Under the pieces are notes generated by a model. It did not search any database and was not told where the DNA came from. It saw only the letters and a list, made by a program, of their open reading frames with translations. From the NCBI GenBank assembly GCA_965208675.1, contig OZ242351.1:4096001-4160000 (forward strand): a stretch of 64,000 nt of DNA, written 5' to 3'. The DNA comes from Candidatus Poribacteria bacterium. GTDB taxonomy: Bacteria > Poribacteria > WGA-4E > PCPOR2b. Shown here piece after piece: positions 19,468 through 29,761 of the stretch (positions are counted from its first letter, which is position 1; each line of letters starts with the position of its first letter). A program made the translations under genes and the position numbers.

Positions 19468-20178
19468 TTAATGGAGTCGAAACTCGACAGATGCGGCAAT
19501 GTTATCATAAACCGGCAACAATTCCTCATACCGGTCGCCCGGACACCAGAAACTAATCTGGTATATGTTAGATACGCTGTTGACATTTCTGAAGAATACC
19601 GTCCGTTTGATTCGACTGTCATCGGCAAGTCTCATCTCAAAATAGTGAGCAGGTCTGCCGTCTTTAGAGAAGTGGCTTCCCTGCTGAGTCACTTCGAAAC
19701 TGTCCGGGGGATTAATAATGGCATTAATTTCTAAAAAGATTTCAACGTACTCTCTCGGTGACCTAATCTCAATGGTATGCTGTTTTTCGATGAAAATGTA
19801 AATTAAAGGGATCTGTTTTTCAACTGCTTCTAAAATCGTACTCGCAAAATTCTGCTCTGGAGTTAGCTGCATGAGCAGAAGGGAGACGATTGGGTTAAAT
19901 TTTCCACGCTCACCAACCGCCGCGATCCAAGCCTCTTTCCAAATCTTGTCTATCTCCCGCCGTGCTGCATTGGATATTTCCAAGACAGTCCAATCATCAA
20001 CAGGGAGGTTAGACACTCTGAATACGTACCGTTGATGCTGATACGTATCTCCGTGAAGCCCGTAAACCACGGCGGGCGGTTCTGTTTTCAATGGCGAAGG
20101 CACATCTTCTTCGTCACCGCCGCACGCGGCAAAAAAGACAGTTGTTAGCAGACTCAACAGCTTCAGAAGCTTGAACAT
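19468..20178 (-). CDS. putative lipoprotein, function unknown
   Basis: MFKLLKLLSLLTTVFFAAC lipobox with GGAGA RBS upstream; the C-terminus loosely resembles PsbP-like folds (weak). Confidence 0.65.
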   Translation of the reverse strand: MFKLLKLLSLLTTVFFAACGGDEEDVPSPLKTEPPAVVYGLHGDTYQHQRYVFRVSNLPVDDWTVLEISNAARREIDKIWKEAWIAAVGERGKFNPIVSLLLMQLTPEQNFASTILEAVEKQIPLIYIFIEKQHTIEIRSPREYVEIFLEINAIINPPDSFEVTQQGSHFSKDGRPAHYFEMRLADDSRIKRTVFFRNVNSVSNIYQISFWCPGDRYEELLPVYDNIAASVEFRLH

Positions 20179-20368
20179 TTTCGATTCTCCCGCGTCGAGT
20201 AAAAAAGCTTCTGCGAACATGAGCATTCTAAGCCGATTTCAAATTTGGGTCAAGCAGAAAACTTGGTCTAGTAAAGACTTGTGTGCCCTATTTACAAAGA
20301 ATATCCAGCTATGCTATTATTGCACAATCAATAAACTGGCGTTGATATTCCAGCACATGGACGGGAAA

Positions 20369-21304
20369 ATGTTACATTTGAATAATTCATCGCAAAAAAA
20401 CAATGGTGAAAGTATCGCAACGACATCGCTTCAACCGATGGGGTTCACAGACATTCTAGACTCAACGTTCAGTCTGTATCGCAACCATTTCAGATTGTAT
20501 TTGGGAATCTGTGCTTTTCCTATTTTGTTGCGCATTGCCTTTTCTGCATTCTCGGATATGTGGACAGAGGTCTTCTGTGGTATCGTGCTATCTGTTTTAT
20601 GTTATGGGCTGCTTGTGTACGCCAGCGCTCAAGCGTATTTAGGCAAGGAAATCACACTCCTCGCCGCATTTATGCAGGTCGACCACCGGTTCTGGGCATA
20701 CATGGGTTGTGCGTTGCTCTGGTGTTTGTTTGTCGGAGGAACATGTGTAAATGGAATTGCCGTTTTAATATTGTGCGTGGCTGGGGCCACTGTTTCCGTC
20801 TATGGCCTGATATCGGCGATTTTCTGCCTCGGTTTCTCGACTCCCTATTTTGGAACGTTGTGGGGATTCTGTGCACAAGCTGTTTTAGTTGAGGGAAAAT
20901 CGGTGTGGAAAGCGCTGAGACGCAGCGGCGAATTGGTGAAGGGTGCGTGGCGGCGTGTCTTTGCTTGCGTATCAGCAATTGTTCTGCTCTATTTCATGAT
21001 TGAGTTGATACTCATAACTTCCTCAACGCTCATCTTTGGTACATGGGGGATTGTGGACGAAGGCGACCTTGTGGAGATGATTCTTGACGTACAAATAGTC
21101 CAGATAATTCGTATTGTGTTGGATCTTGGGCACAGAAGTTCTGAGATCTCCCCTTTGTTGTATGCCATCCACACGGCGATTAACATCCTTACACTACCAA
21201 TTCCGGCAATCGGTTTCACGCTGCTCTATTTTGATTTACGTATTCGTAAAGAGGGGTTCGATATTGAGATGAAAATTGCGAAGGACGAAGTGAAAGAATA
21301 TTGA
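20369..21304 (+). CDS. integral membrane protein (GDPD-membrane-domain-like), paralog 1
   Basis: QPMGFTDILD..FSLYR.HF, ALRRSGELVKGAWRR, TLLYFDLRIRKEGFDIE; start uncertain (ORF track extends to 20171, overlapping the divergent gene). Confidence 0.8.
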   Translation: MLHLNNSSQKNNGESIATTSLQPMGFTDILDSTFSLYRNHFRLYLGICAFPILLRIAFSAFSDMWTEVFCGIVLSVLCYGLLVYASAQAYLGKEITLLAAFMQVDHRFWAYMGCALLWCLFVGGTCVNGIAVLILCVAGATVSVYGLISAIFCLGFSTPYFGTLWGFCAQAVLVEGKSVWKALRRSGELVKGAWRRVFACVSAIVLLYFMIELILITSSTLIFGTWGIVDEGDLVEMILDVQIVQIIRIVLDLGHRSSEISPLLYAIHTAINILTLPIPAIGFTLLYFDLRIRKEGFDIEMKIAKDEVKEY

Positions 21305-21310
21305 AACCCC

Positions 21311-21385
21311 TGAATTGGCGCACATGCGCAAAATGCAACAGAATTACCACCTCACTACATCAACTATACAGGGTGGAGAGGCTAC
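21311..21385 (+). promoter_or_regulatory. duplicated upstream region/putative promoter of paralog 2
   Basis: TTGGCG-N18-CAGAAT followed by TACCACCTCAC; similar to 22277-22349. Confidence 0.45.
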
Positions 21386-22270
21386 ATGGCACAATCCAAC
21401 GCAGACAGCGGTGAATCCGCCACAACGACACCGCTTCAACCGATGAGGTTCACTGACCTCTTGGATGCAGCGTTCAGCCTCTATCGGAATCACTTCGGGC
21501 TGTTTTTGGGCATATCCGCTGTTTATTGCCTGCCGCATATTGTTTTTTCTGCTTTCCCAATTTGGATGGAACTGTTATGTGATATGTTTGTGGATATTAT
21601 TTGTTCCGGTGGGCTGGTATACGCTAGTGCTGAGGCATATTTAAGACGACGCATTTCTGTCCGCGCCGCATTCAGGCGAGTGAAAGACCGGATGTGGCCC
21701 TACCTTGGAAGCACATTCCTCTATTTGTTAGTCTTGTTCGCACTGTACGGTCTATTATACGTCGGATTCGAGTTGTTAGGAATTGATAAGTTACTGTTGA
21801 ATGATGAAATAGAATTCCTCATCGTTTTCCCTATTACTGTCTCTTTTATGGCACGGTGGGGTTTCTACGCACAGACTGTTTTGGTTGAGGAAACTTCGGC
21901 GAGGGACGCTCTGAGACGAAGCAGTGAATTGGTCAAAGGCGCATGGTGGCGTGTGTTTGGTATGATGTTTGGCATAATATTGCTCTCGAACGTCATAGAA
22001 CTGGTGCTTCAAATTTCTTCGGCATTGATCTTCGCGTTGTCGGGGATTGCTGGGGAGGTGGACCTTATGGAGATGCGGGAAGTTCTGTGGCACAATCACA
22101 CAGTCGAGGGCGTTTATCATGTGTGGCACGTCATGACCTCAGCCATCGAAACGCTTACAAAGCCAATTGCATATATTGGTTTCACGCTGCTCTACTTTGA
22201 CCGACGATTTCGTAAAGAAGGGTTCGATATTGAGATGATGGTACAGAACAAGGAGGTGGGACAGTTTTGA
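21386..22270 (+). CDS. integral membrane protein (GDPD-membrane-domain-like), paralog 2
   Basis: Same conserved N- and C-terminal motifs as its neighbours; GGAG RBS. Confidence 0.82.
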   Translation: MAQSNADSGESATTTPLQPMRFTDLLDAAFSLYRNHFGLFLGISAVYCLPHIVFSAFPIWMELLCDMFVDIICSGGLVYASAEAYLRRRISVRAAFRRVKDRMWPYLGSTFLYLLVLFALYGLLYVGFELLGIDKLLLNDEIEFLIVFPITVSFMARWGFYAQTVLVEETSARDALRRSSELVKGAWWRVFGMMFGIILLSNVIELVLQISSALIFALSGIAGEVDLMEMREVLWHNHTVEGVYHVWHVMTSAIETLTKPIAYIGFTLLYFDRRFRKEGFDIEMMVQNKEVGQF

Positions 22271-22276
22271 TTTTTT

Positions 22277-22349
22277 TGAATTGACCTGAAGGCACACAAT
22301 GCGATAGAATTACCATCTCACAACCTTATCTTCTGCACGGAGGGGAAAA
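22277..22349 (+). promoter_or_regulatory. putative sigma70 promoter of paralog 3 and the downstream operon
   Basis: TTGACC (22281-22286)-N18-TAGAAT (22305-22310), then TACCATCTCAC and GGAGG RBS. Confidence 0.55.
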
Positions 22350-23234
22350 ATGTCACAATCCGGTACAGGTAACGGTGAAACCTCGCTAACGACATCGCTC
22401 CGACCGATGGGTTTTACGGATATTCTGGATACAATATTTAACCTCTATCGCCACCATTTCCGACTATTTGTATGCATCTACACCGTCTATTTCGTTTTCA
22501 ACTTCGGGTTTAACCTGATTATAGGTTTTTTACCGTTTATGTTGCGCGGTGCCGGCGGATTGAGCGTAATGATAGCCATATCGGTGATAGGGACATTGAC
22601 TATACTTGTAGCTACGCTTTTCACTGTTGGGGGACTTATCTTTGCCAGTGCTCAGAGCTATTTGAGCAGACACATCACAGCGAGCACTGCATTCAGGCAC
22701 GTCAAACGCCGTTTCTGGCCTTTTTTGAGAGGCAATTTACTCTGGTTGTTGGTAGTCGGTGCCTTGACGGTAACCATCATCGGTATCCCGTTCGCCCTCT
22801 ATTTTGGTACACGCTGGGTTTTTTGGAGTCTAGCCGTTCTGGTGGAAGAAAACTCGGCTGTCAAAGCGTTAAGGCGAAGTAGTGAATTGGTCAAAGGTTC
22901 GTGGTGGCGTGTGTTTGGAATTATATTAGGGATTCTCCTGCTCGTTCTCATAATTCAATCAATACTTCAGTTCTCACTATTATTCGTGTTCGGAGTAACA
23001 CAGTCGACGGGTGGTGACGGAGATTTGTTGACGACATTACAGCGTATGTTCCTTCCGGAACTGACGACTTGGGCGGGCTTGGTAAGTTATGCGGTTCAAA
23101 ACTTCATCAACCATCTCGTTGCGAGTTTGATGCTCCCCATCGGGGTGATTGGTTCCACGCTGCTTTACTTCGACCAACGTATCCGGAAAGAGGGGTTCGA
23201 TATCGAGATGCGCGTGACCGACACGGCGGCGTGA
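22350..23234 (+). CDS. integral membrane protein (GDPD-membrane-domain-like), paralog 3
   Basis: RPMGFTDILD, IIGIPFALYF, ALRRSSELVKGSWWRVFG, LLYFDQRIRKEGFDIE. Confidence 0.85.
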   Translation: MSQSGTGNGETSLTTSLRPMGFTDILDTIFNLYRHHFRLFVCIYTVYFVFNFGFNLIIGFLPFMLRGAGGLSVMIAISVIGTLTILVATLFTVGGLIFASAQSYLSRHITASTAFRHVKRRFWPFLRGNLLWLLVVGALTVTIIGIPFALYFGTRWVFWSLAVLVEENSAVKALRRSSELVKGSWWRVFGIILGILLLVLIIQSILQFSLLFVFGVTQSTGGDGDLLTTLQRMFLPELTTWAGLVSYAVQNFINHLVASLMLPIGVIGSTLLYFDQRIRKEGFDIEMRVTDTAA

Positions 23235-23345
23235 GTACAGGGGAAATAGCATAGTTCAATCCGATGACGTTCTAACGTATTGAGCGAGTTTCCAATCGGA
23301 TATTCATGGTGACGATTGCCTTGACTTAGAATTTTCGGGACAGTC

Positions 23346-24050
23346 ATGAAAAAAGGGATACTGATGTGCGCGATACTCCTTTTCTCTACCACTTCTTTAC
23401 TACCGGCTGTAGTGACAGAGAAGGAACGATTCAGGCGGGAAGTGGAGGCGAACCGTACCGAGATGGTAGTTTCTTTTGAGGAATACCACGAGATTTTATC
23501 TAAATTGGACTCGCCTAACAAGCGCAGAACGGATAAACGACCGGACAGCAGGGATGACGAACCAGATGACCGGAGTATTGGTTTGTTACGGCATTTTTTA
23601 CGTAATACTCCAGGGAACGCACTGCTCTGGCTGGGATTCCTTGTGTTGGCGGGTGTTGCCTTCTTTTTTGTGCGGCAAATCCGCAGGAATCTCATCACCG
23701 AGGCGCAAGATTCGGCGGATGAATTTTCGAAGAGTGCTGTTGTGACAGAGCGGGCGGCGCTTAGCCAATCTGAAACGGCTGCCGCATCGCAAGACTTTCG
23801 GGATGCGCTCCGTTATCTCTATTTATCAGCGATTTTGCACCTTCAAGAGCGGGGTATACTCACCTACGATAAGAGCCTGACGAATCTCGAGTATCTTCAC
23901 GCGCTGCAGATGCGCGTTGAATTGCAGGACGCGCTGCGGCCGGTGATTCAGGTTTTTGACGATGTCTGGTACGGATACAAACCGTGCAACGCGGATACTA
24001 TCGAAAATTACCGAGAACTATTGCAAAAGGTGTATCTAATGAGCGTCTGA
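23346..24050 (+). CDS. DUF4129 domain membrane protein
   Basis: DFRDALRYLYL...TNLEYL...FDDVWYG motif; context next to DUF4350/MoxR. Confidence 0.85.
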   Translation: MKKGILMCAILLFSTTSLLPAVVTEKERFRREVEANRTEMVVSFEEYHEILSKLDSPNKRRTDKRPDSRDDEPDDRSIGLLRHFLRNTPGNALLWLGFLVLAGVAFFFVRQIRRNLITEAQDSADEFSKSAVVTERAALSQSETAAASQDFRDALRYLYLSAILHLQERGILTYDKSLTNLEYLHALQMRVELQDALRPVIQVFDDVWYGYKPCNADTIENYRELLQKVYLMSV

Positions 24051-24086
24051 GTCCTCTCGTACTCTTTATCCGGAGAGTTTCAACCG

Positions 24087-25214
24087 ATGAGATTTTCCAG
24101 AATTTGCCTCCTCAGCATTGCCCTGATTGCGTTTTCCTTCATTGGGGTTTCGTGTAGTCTACTCTATCAAGGCAGCACGCTCTACCGGGTCTTGCGAGCG
24201 TTAAAATTTCGCGTTTCAAGCATCGAATCAGAGCAGCCCACTCGGCTAGATAGGGTGGACGTACTATTTCTGTGGCGGCTGCGTGAGGCCTTAGATGGGG
24301 AAGAGATCGAGAAGATACGCAACTTTGTCGAAGGCGGCGGTACACTAATTGTCGCAGGGTACCATCATGCCCTCGATTCACTGTTACTCGATTACGGAAT
24401 AGAGATTCGCCCGGCATCAAAATCGTTGGAGACCTCAAAACGACTCACGAATTTCCCCATCTTTCCGATTCGACCGGTCAGCGAAATTCACTCCAGAACC
24501 ACCTATTCCATTCGACCAATAAAACGGGATGTAGCACCGCTCTATGGGCGGGGAGAAGACTATTCAGTTGTGACATTTCGTGTGGGGAACGGACGCGCCT
24601 TTTTCCTATCCTGCCCGCATATTTTCAGCTATTTCGGACTAAAAGATGGTGGGAGCGCAACATTCGTTTACAACCTGCTGACAACACTCCCCCGCCGTGC
24701 ACGTATTGCGTTGGCTGAATACCGATACTATCCATTCCGGCCAACACAATCCGCCGACCCACCGATTCACTTGCTGTTCAAAACACCGATCGGTTTGGGT
24801 GTTGTTTATGTCGGGCTAATCGTCTTCCTGTTTTTAGTTCTCCGGGGGAAGAGATTCGGGAAGCCTCTGACGGTTGAGGAGACACACAGGCGTTTCAGTT
24901 CAGAATATGTCTTTGCCATGACCGCCCTTTATCAAAAAAGCAACACCCGATCGGCGATTTTGAAGCAAATTCGCGACGCTTTTCGAACAGACCTCGCTGC
25001 GCGGTGGGATATTAACCCGAAGTTAGAGACCGTTAGCTTCGTGGAGGAGATTGCCATACGGAAGCCGATTAATACGGACGAACTTCGAGAGCTTCTGAAA
25101 AGACTTGAGCCGCATGAAGACATATCCGAGGCACATCTTCTCTCACTCGCAAAACGCGTTGAAGCCTTTTATGATAAGGAGAAAATTGATCGTACACGTC
25201 TGATGCAGCGTTGA
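24087..25214 (+). CDS. DUF4350 domain protein
   Basis: IRNFVEGGGTLIVAG GATase-like segment, TM followed by GKRFGKP, SEYVFAMTALY. Confidence 0.8.
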   Translation: MRFSRICLLSIALIAFSFIGVSCSLLYQGSTLYRVLRALKFRVSSIESEQPTRLDRVDVLFLWRLREALDGEEIEKIRNFVEGGGTLIVAGYHHALDSLLLDYGIEIRPASKSLETSKRLTNFPIFPIRPVSEIHSRTTYSIRPIKRDVAPLYGRGEDYSVVTFRVGNGRAFFLSCPHIFSYFGLKDGGSATFVYNLLTTLPRRARIALAEYRYYPFRPTQSADPPIHLLFKTPIGLGVVYVGLIVFLFLVLRGKRFGKPLTVEETHRRFSSEYVFAMTALYQKSNTRSAILKQIRDAFRTDLAARWDINPKLETVSFVEEIAIRKPINTDELRELLKRLEPHEDISEAHLLSLAKRVEAFYDKEKIDRTRLMQR

Positions 25215-25365
25215 ATGTATTTTGTCTATATGATTAGCAGTTAAGGCTGCTTAGCGATGGTCGGGTAATCTCTCGCTTGAGCGTAATTACATACGTTGTG
25301 CTTTTAGCCTTGGCATTATAGAATTCCATGAGCGTGTGCAAATATGAACGAAAGGATCACAACTC

Positions 25366-26196
25366 GTGGCAAATGAGATAAAATCTCTATTTCGATTGTC
25401 AGCCCCGACCAAGGCGGACATAGATTCCTTTCATAATGACGGCTACATTGTGTACCCCAACATCCTTTCTGACGATGCGAGAGAAAACCTAATATCGGAA
25501 ATTACGGGATACGAGCCTGTGCAGCATTACCTCAATGCGACGGCGCCAAATTTCGTAGAACCGAGCTCGTTTTTCATTCGCCCCTGGAACGAACGCAGCT
25601 TGTATAGCGGCCGGTTGATTGATGACCCCTTCATAACGTCGTTGTTACGATTCACAATCGGTGATGATTATCATTTTTGTCATTCTGCCCTAAATATCGC
25701 ACTACGCGGCACCGGCGCGATTCCGTATCATCAAGATCACCACCATTGGAGGCATGAAAACCCAATCAACCTTGATGAACGCGACAAATATTATGTGCAG
25801 ATTTTGTATTATCCCAATGGATTCATGCTCGGCGACCGAAATCTGAAGGTTATCCCTGGTAGTCACCGTGTTGCGCCGACTGAAACCGCGACACCGGAAC
25901 GGATGTTAGCGGGCGAGTTCGACGCCGAGGCCGGACGCCGGTTAGGCGAGAAACGGCTATCGCTACCGCCCGGAAGCATGGTCTATATTAACGCCCGGAT
26001 TTTTCATGCAGTTGAGGCGAAACCGTTAAATTCGCCTCAACCTTACCGAATCTTCAATATTGACATCTTCAAGGAAGCTGGGCCTCCACACCGTTATACC
26101 CAAGAGATTCCACCAGAATGGATGGTGCGCGCCGACGCGACTCGTAAGAAACTGTTTACCCGCCAGGCGTACACCGAGGGTTGCTGGGTTTCATGA
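25366..26196 (+). CDS. phytanoyl-CoA dioxygenase (PhyH) family Fe(II)/2OG oxygenase
   Basis: FHNDGYIV, YHQD (HxD), LKVIPGSH, distal IFHAV. Confidence 0.88.
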   Translation: MANEIKSLFRLSAPTKADIDSFHNDGYIVYPNILSDDARENLISEITGYEPVQHYLNATAPNFVEPSSFFIRPWNERSLYSGRLIDDPFITSLLRFTIGDDYHFCHSALNIALRGTGAIPYHQDHHHWRHENPINLDERDKYYVQILYYPNGFMLGDRNLKVIPGSHRVAPTETATPERMLAGEFDAEAGRRLGEKRLSLPPGSMVYINARIFHAVEAKPLNSPQPYRIFNIDIFKEAGPPHRYTQEIPPEWMVRADATRKKLFTRQAYTEGCWVS

Positions 26197-26270
26197 TGCG
26201 TTAATGGGTGGGCTCTGGGAATCTATCTTTCTGATGGCTGTATTAACTGCTCTAGTAGGATAGATTACGA

Positions 26271-27068
26271 TTGTTAGCACAGAATGTTGAGAAGAGTATG
26301 GCGACGACGAGTCCCAAGGCGTTTTTGATCGATTTGGATGGTACGCTCTATTTCAAGAATGAACCCTACCCTAAGGCAGTTCAAACCGTAAGGTATTTGC
26401 GTCAGGAAGGGTATCAGATTCGATTTCTTACCAACATCACCGCCAAGACCCCGAAAATGCTGCATGGGCAGATGTGCGCTATGGGGTTTGATGTCGATGA
26501 GCGTGAAATTTTTAATGCGAGCTACGCTTGCCTCCTTTATCTGCGGTCACAACCCCGCGCCCGTTGCTACTTTATGGTGGATGATGCCGTTAAAGCGTAT
26601 TTCAAAGAGATACCGACACACAGTGATTCTCCCGATTTTGTCGTCGTTGGCGACTATGGACACAGGTTTGATTTTAACTCTTTGAATCGTGCGTTTCGGT
26701 TGTTGATGGGCGGCGCCGAACTCATTGCGCTTCAAAAATCACCGTATTGGATTTCGCCGGAAGGGATGTTCTTGGACTGCGGCGCATTTGCGGCACTTCT
26801 CGAATATGCTTCAAATAAAACAGCGACACTGATGGGCAAGCCGAGTGAGCTATTTTTCAAAATCGCACTTGATGACCTACAACTTTCCCCAAGCGAAGTC
26901 GTTGTTGTAGGCGATGATATCGCCACCGATATCTTAGGAGCTGAAAGAATGGGACTGAGAAGCGTTTTAGTTAGGACTGGAAAGTTCCATCCCAATCAGG
27001 TAGAGAATCCAACCGCAAAACCGACGTGGGAAGTTGATAGTATATCAAGTCTACTCCTGATGTTTTGA
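26271..27068 (+). CDS. HAD-IIA family hydrolase (LHPP/HDHD2-like)
   Basis: DLDGTLY, LTN, GKPS, VVGDDIATDILGA, LVRTGKF. Confidence 0.9.
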   Translation: MLAQNVEKSMATTSPKAFLIDLDGTLYFKNEPYPKAVQTVRYLRQEGYQIRFLTNITAKTPKMLHGQMCAMGFDVDEREIFNASYACLLYLRSQPRARCYFMVDDAVKAYFKEIPTHSDSPDFVVVGDYGHRFDFNSLNRAFRLLMGGAELIALQKSPYWISPEGMFLDCGAFAALLEYASNKTATLMGKPSELFFKIALDDLQLSPSEVVVVGDDIATDILGAERMGLRSVLVRTGKFHPNQVENPTAKPTWEVDSISSLLLMF

Positions 27069-27251
27069 AGGGGATATCCGTATCCAAATAGCGGTCGGGG
27101 AACAGGGAATCAAGGCTTTTTCCGCAGATTGGCGTTGCCGATGGCAACAGTTTGGATTATTGATTTCCCGTTTCGGGAATTTGGTCTAACGGCAGGGTGT
27201 GGATGAAATACGGTTGCCGCTGATTTAATCCGGTTTCAAAATAGGAGAGGT

Positions 27252-28205
27252 ATGTCCAATTTAATTCAGAACGTCTTTGAAAAGTTGAAACAGGAAGCCC
27301 AAAAAGTGATTGTTGGGCAAGAGGAGTTGTTTGAACTGGTGGTGCTCGGATTCCTATCCGGCGGGCACGTTATGCTGGAAGGCGTTCCCGGCACCGCAAA
27401 AACGCTCGTAGCGAAAACATTGGCGATGGTGGTGTCCGGCGAATTCAGCCGCGTCCAATTCACGCCCGACCTAATGCCGTCCGACATTGTCGGAACTAGC
27501 GTGTACGATTTAGCGACGCATCAATTTAACCTCAAGCGGGGACCGGTTTTCACTAACGTTTTGCTCGCCGATGAAATCAACCGCGCCCCGGCGAAGACGC
27601 AATCGGCGCTCCTAGAATGTATGGAGGAGCGGCAGGTTAGCATTGACGGCGTCCGCCACGAACTGGCCGCACCCTTTATAGTATTGGCGACACAGAATCC
27701 CGTGGAATACGAAGGCACCTATCCACTCCCCGAAGCCCAACTAGACCGGTTTTTATTCAAACTTCGCGTCGATTACCCGGGACGGGAGGTGGAGCAACAG
27801 GTTTTGATTAACTATCACAACGGCTTTAATGCTGCGCAACTCGCTGAAGCTGGCGTTGAAGGAGTCATCGACAAAGATCTACTCGGACAATGCCAAGCAG
27901 CCGTTCAGGCGGTAACGGTTGAAGAATCTATTTTCGATTATATTGTCGGCATAGCCGAAGCGTCGCGCAGTTCTAATGACCTCATTTTGGGCGGGAGTCC
28001 GCGGGCGTCCATCTCGCTGTTGTTGGGAAGCAAAACTTACGCGGCGATGCAGGGGCGAGATTACATCTTGCCGGATGATGTCAAGCGGTTAGCCCCGCAC
28101 GTCTATCGCCATCGAATTCTTTTGAAACCGGAAGCCGAAATTGAAGGGCTATCCGCAGACGATGTGATAGATAGATTACTCGCCGAATTGGAAATCCCAC
28201 GTTAG
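27252..28205 (+). CDS. moxR: MoxR family AAA+ ATPase
   Basis: [64 protein letters not shown]. Confidence 0.96.
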   Translation: MSNLIQNVFEKLKQEAQKVIVGQEELFELVVLGFLSGGHVMLEGVPGTAKTLVAKTLAMVVSGEFSRVQFTPDLMPSDIVGTSVYDLATHQFNLKRGPVFTNVLLADEINRAPAKTQSALLECMEERQVSIDGVRHELAAPFIVLATQNPVEYEGTYPLPEAQLDRFLFKLRVDYPGREVEQQVLINYHNGFNAAQLAEAGVEGVIDKDLLGQCQAAVQAVTVEESIFDYIVGIAEASRSSNDLILGGSPRASISLLLGSKTYAAMQGRDYILPDDVKRLAPHVYRHRILLKPEAEIEGLSADDVIDRLLAELEIPR

Positions 28206-28254
28206 TTGATATTCCTGGTTTAAGCCGTGGTTTAGGCAAGCGGGAGGTTACTCT

Positions 28255-29625
28255 GTGCGATTGAGCAACAAATTACTCGGCTTACTACTCGCGTCAGCGA
28301 TTCCCATTGTCCTTTACAATGTCTCTCCCAGCCTGTTGTTCGTTGATGCCGTTTATCTGGTGTTGCTATTGGTCGTCTGCGTCATCGATTACGTCAAAAC
28401 ACCGCTATTTGCAAGGGTTGAGGTGAGCCGCGAAATGAACTCCAAGTTTTCTTTGGGGGCGGAGAACGCGGTGACTCTGCGGGTTGTGAACCGTTCTCGT
28501 TACAGGTTGAGGTTGCGGCTGAAAGATGATTTTCCCCCGGCGTTTCAGTTTAATCGCGTCATCCACGAGGTTTTCATCGGTGCAGAAACCCAAGAGGTTC
28601 TAACTTACCAACTCACGCCACTGCGCCGAGGGGTTTTCCATTTTGCGGACATCCATGTACAGTGTTGGGGGATTCTTGGGCTGATTATCCGGCAGCGTCG
28701 GGTCGCGGCAGCCGCGGAAGTGAAGGTTTATCCCAATCTCCACGCCATCCGACAGTACGAGTTATTGGCAAGGCGCGGGATGCTCAGCCAACTTGGACTG
28801 AAAAATTCTAGACAGTTCGGCGAGGGAACAGAATTTGAGCGTCTGCGCGATTATGCTCCGGATGATGATACCCGCCGCGTTGACTGGAAGGCGACTTCGA
28901 GGCGCCAAAAACCGATTGTGAGGGAGTTTGAAACGGAACGGAGCCAGGACTTGGTGATTATGATGGACGCCGGTAGATTGATGGCCTCACCCATTTTAAC
29001 GGAACCAATCGAAGACCGCCAAGAGGACGCGTTCAGCCCAGAGTCAAGTCAGAAGCAGACGATGATTAAGCTCGATTATGCTATAAACACTACCCTTATG
29101 ACAACGTACGTCTCAACACTTAAAGGAGACAAAGTTGGTTTAATCGCTTTTTCAGACAGCGTTCACCGGTACCTAGACCCGAAGCCAGGAAAAAAGCAGT
29201 TCCTCGCAATGCTAGAAGCTACCTACGCCCTACAAGTTAATCCGGTCGAACCTGATTTTGAGACTGCATTCAAATTCCTAGCATCAAAACAGCGTAAACG
29301 GGCTTTAGTTATCCTTTTTACGGACATCCTAGATAAGTACGCGGCCGAAGGGTTTGTCCGTTATTCAGCGAAGCTAGCCAGACATCACCTTATCGCATGT
29401 GTAACTTTGACCGACTCCAGCATTTTTGCTCTCGCCGCGCAGAAATTGACAAATTCCAAAATCGTCTACCAAAGGGCGATTGCCGAGAAGTTATTGCAGG
29501 AGAAACATGCAACCTTGCAAATCCTTCGCAGGGGTGGTATTATCGCGGTTGATGTTCCCGCACATCAATTGACGATGACGGTGGTGAATAAATACCTGGA
29601 ACTCAAGGCGAAGTCTAAGATTTAG
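28255..29625 (+). CDS. DUF58 (vWA-like) domain protein
   Basis: GEGTEFERLRDYAPDDDTRRVDWKATSR, DAGRLM; follows moxR. Confidence 0.93.
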   Translation: MRLSNKLLGLLLASAIPIVLYNVSPSLLFVDAVYLVLLLVVCVIDYVKTPLFARVEVSREMNSKFSLGAENAVTLRVVNRSRYRLRLRLKDDFPPAFQFNRVIHEVFIGAETQEVLTYQLTPLRRGVFHFADIHVQCWGILGLIIRQRRVAAAAEVKVYPNLHAIRQYELLARRGMLSQLGLKNSRQFGEGTEFERLRDYAPDDDTRRVDWKATSRRQKPIVREFETERSQDLVIMMDAGRLMASPILTEPIEDRQEDAFSPESSQKQTMIKLDYAINTTLMTTYVSTLKGDKVGLIAFSDSVHRYLDPKPGKKQFLAMLEATYALQVNPVEPDFETAFKFLASKQRKRALVILFTDILDKYAAEGFVRYSAKLARHHLIACVTLTDSSIFALAAQKLTNSKIVYQRAIAEKLLQEKHATLQILRRGGIIAVDVPAHQLTMTVVNKYLELKAKSKI

Positions 29626-29761
29626 TTCGCGTCAGCGGGTGTATCTGCCATAAAGACTTTAGCAAATAATGGTGGGGCACATTGGTATTCGGCGGATATT
29701 GATATGTGAACTACCTATGCTGGCATGGATTTAACAGCTATTCCCAAATAAGGAGATGTAA

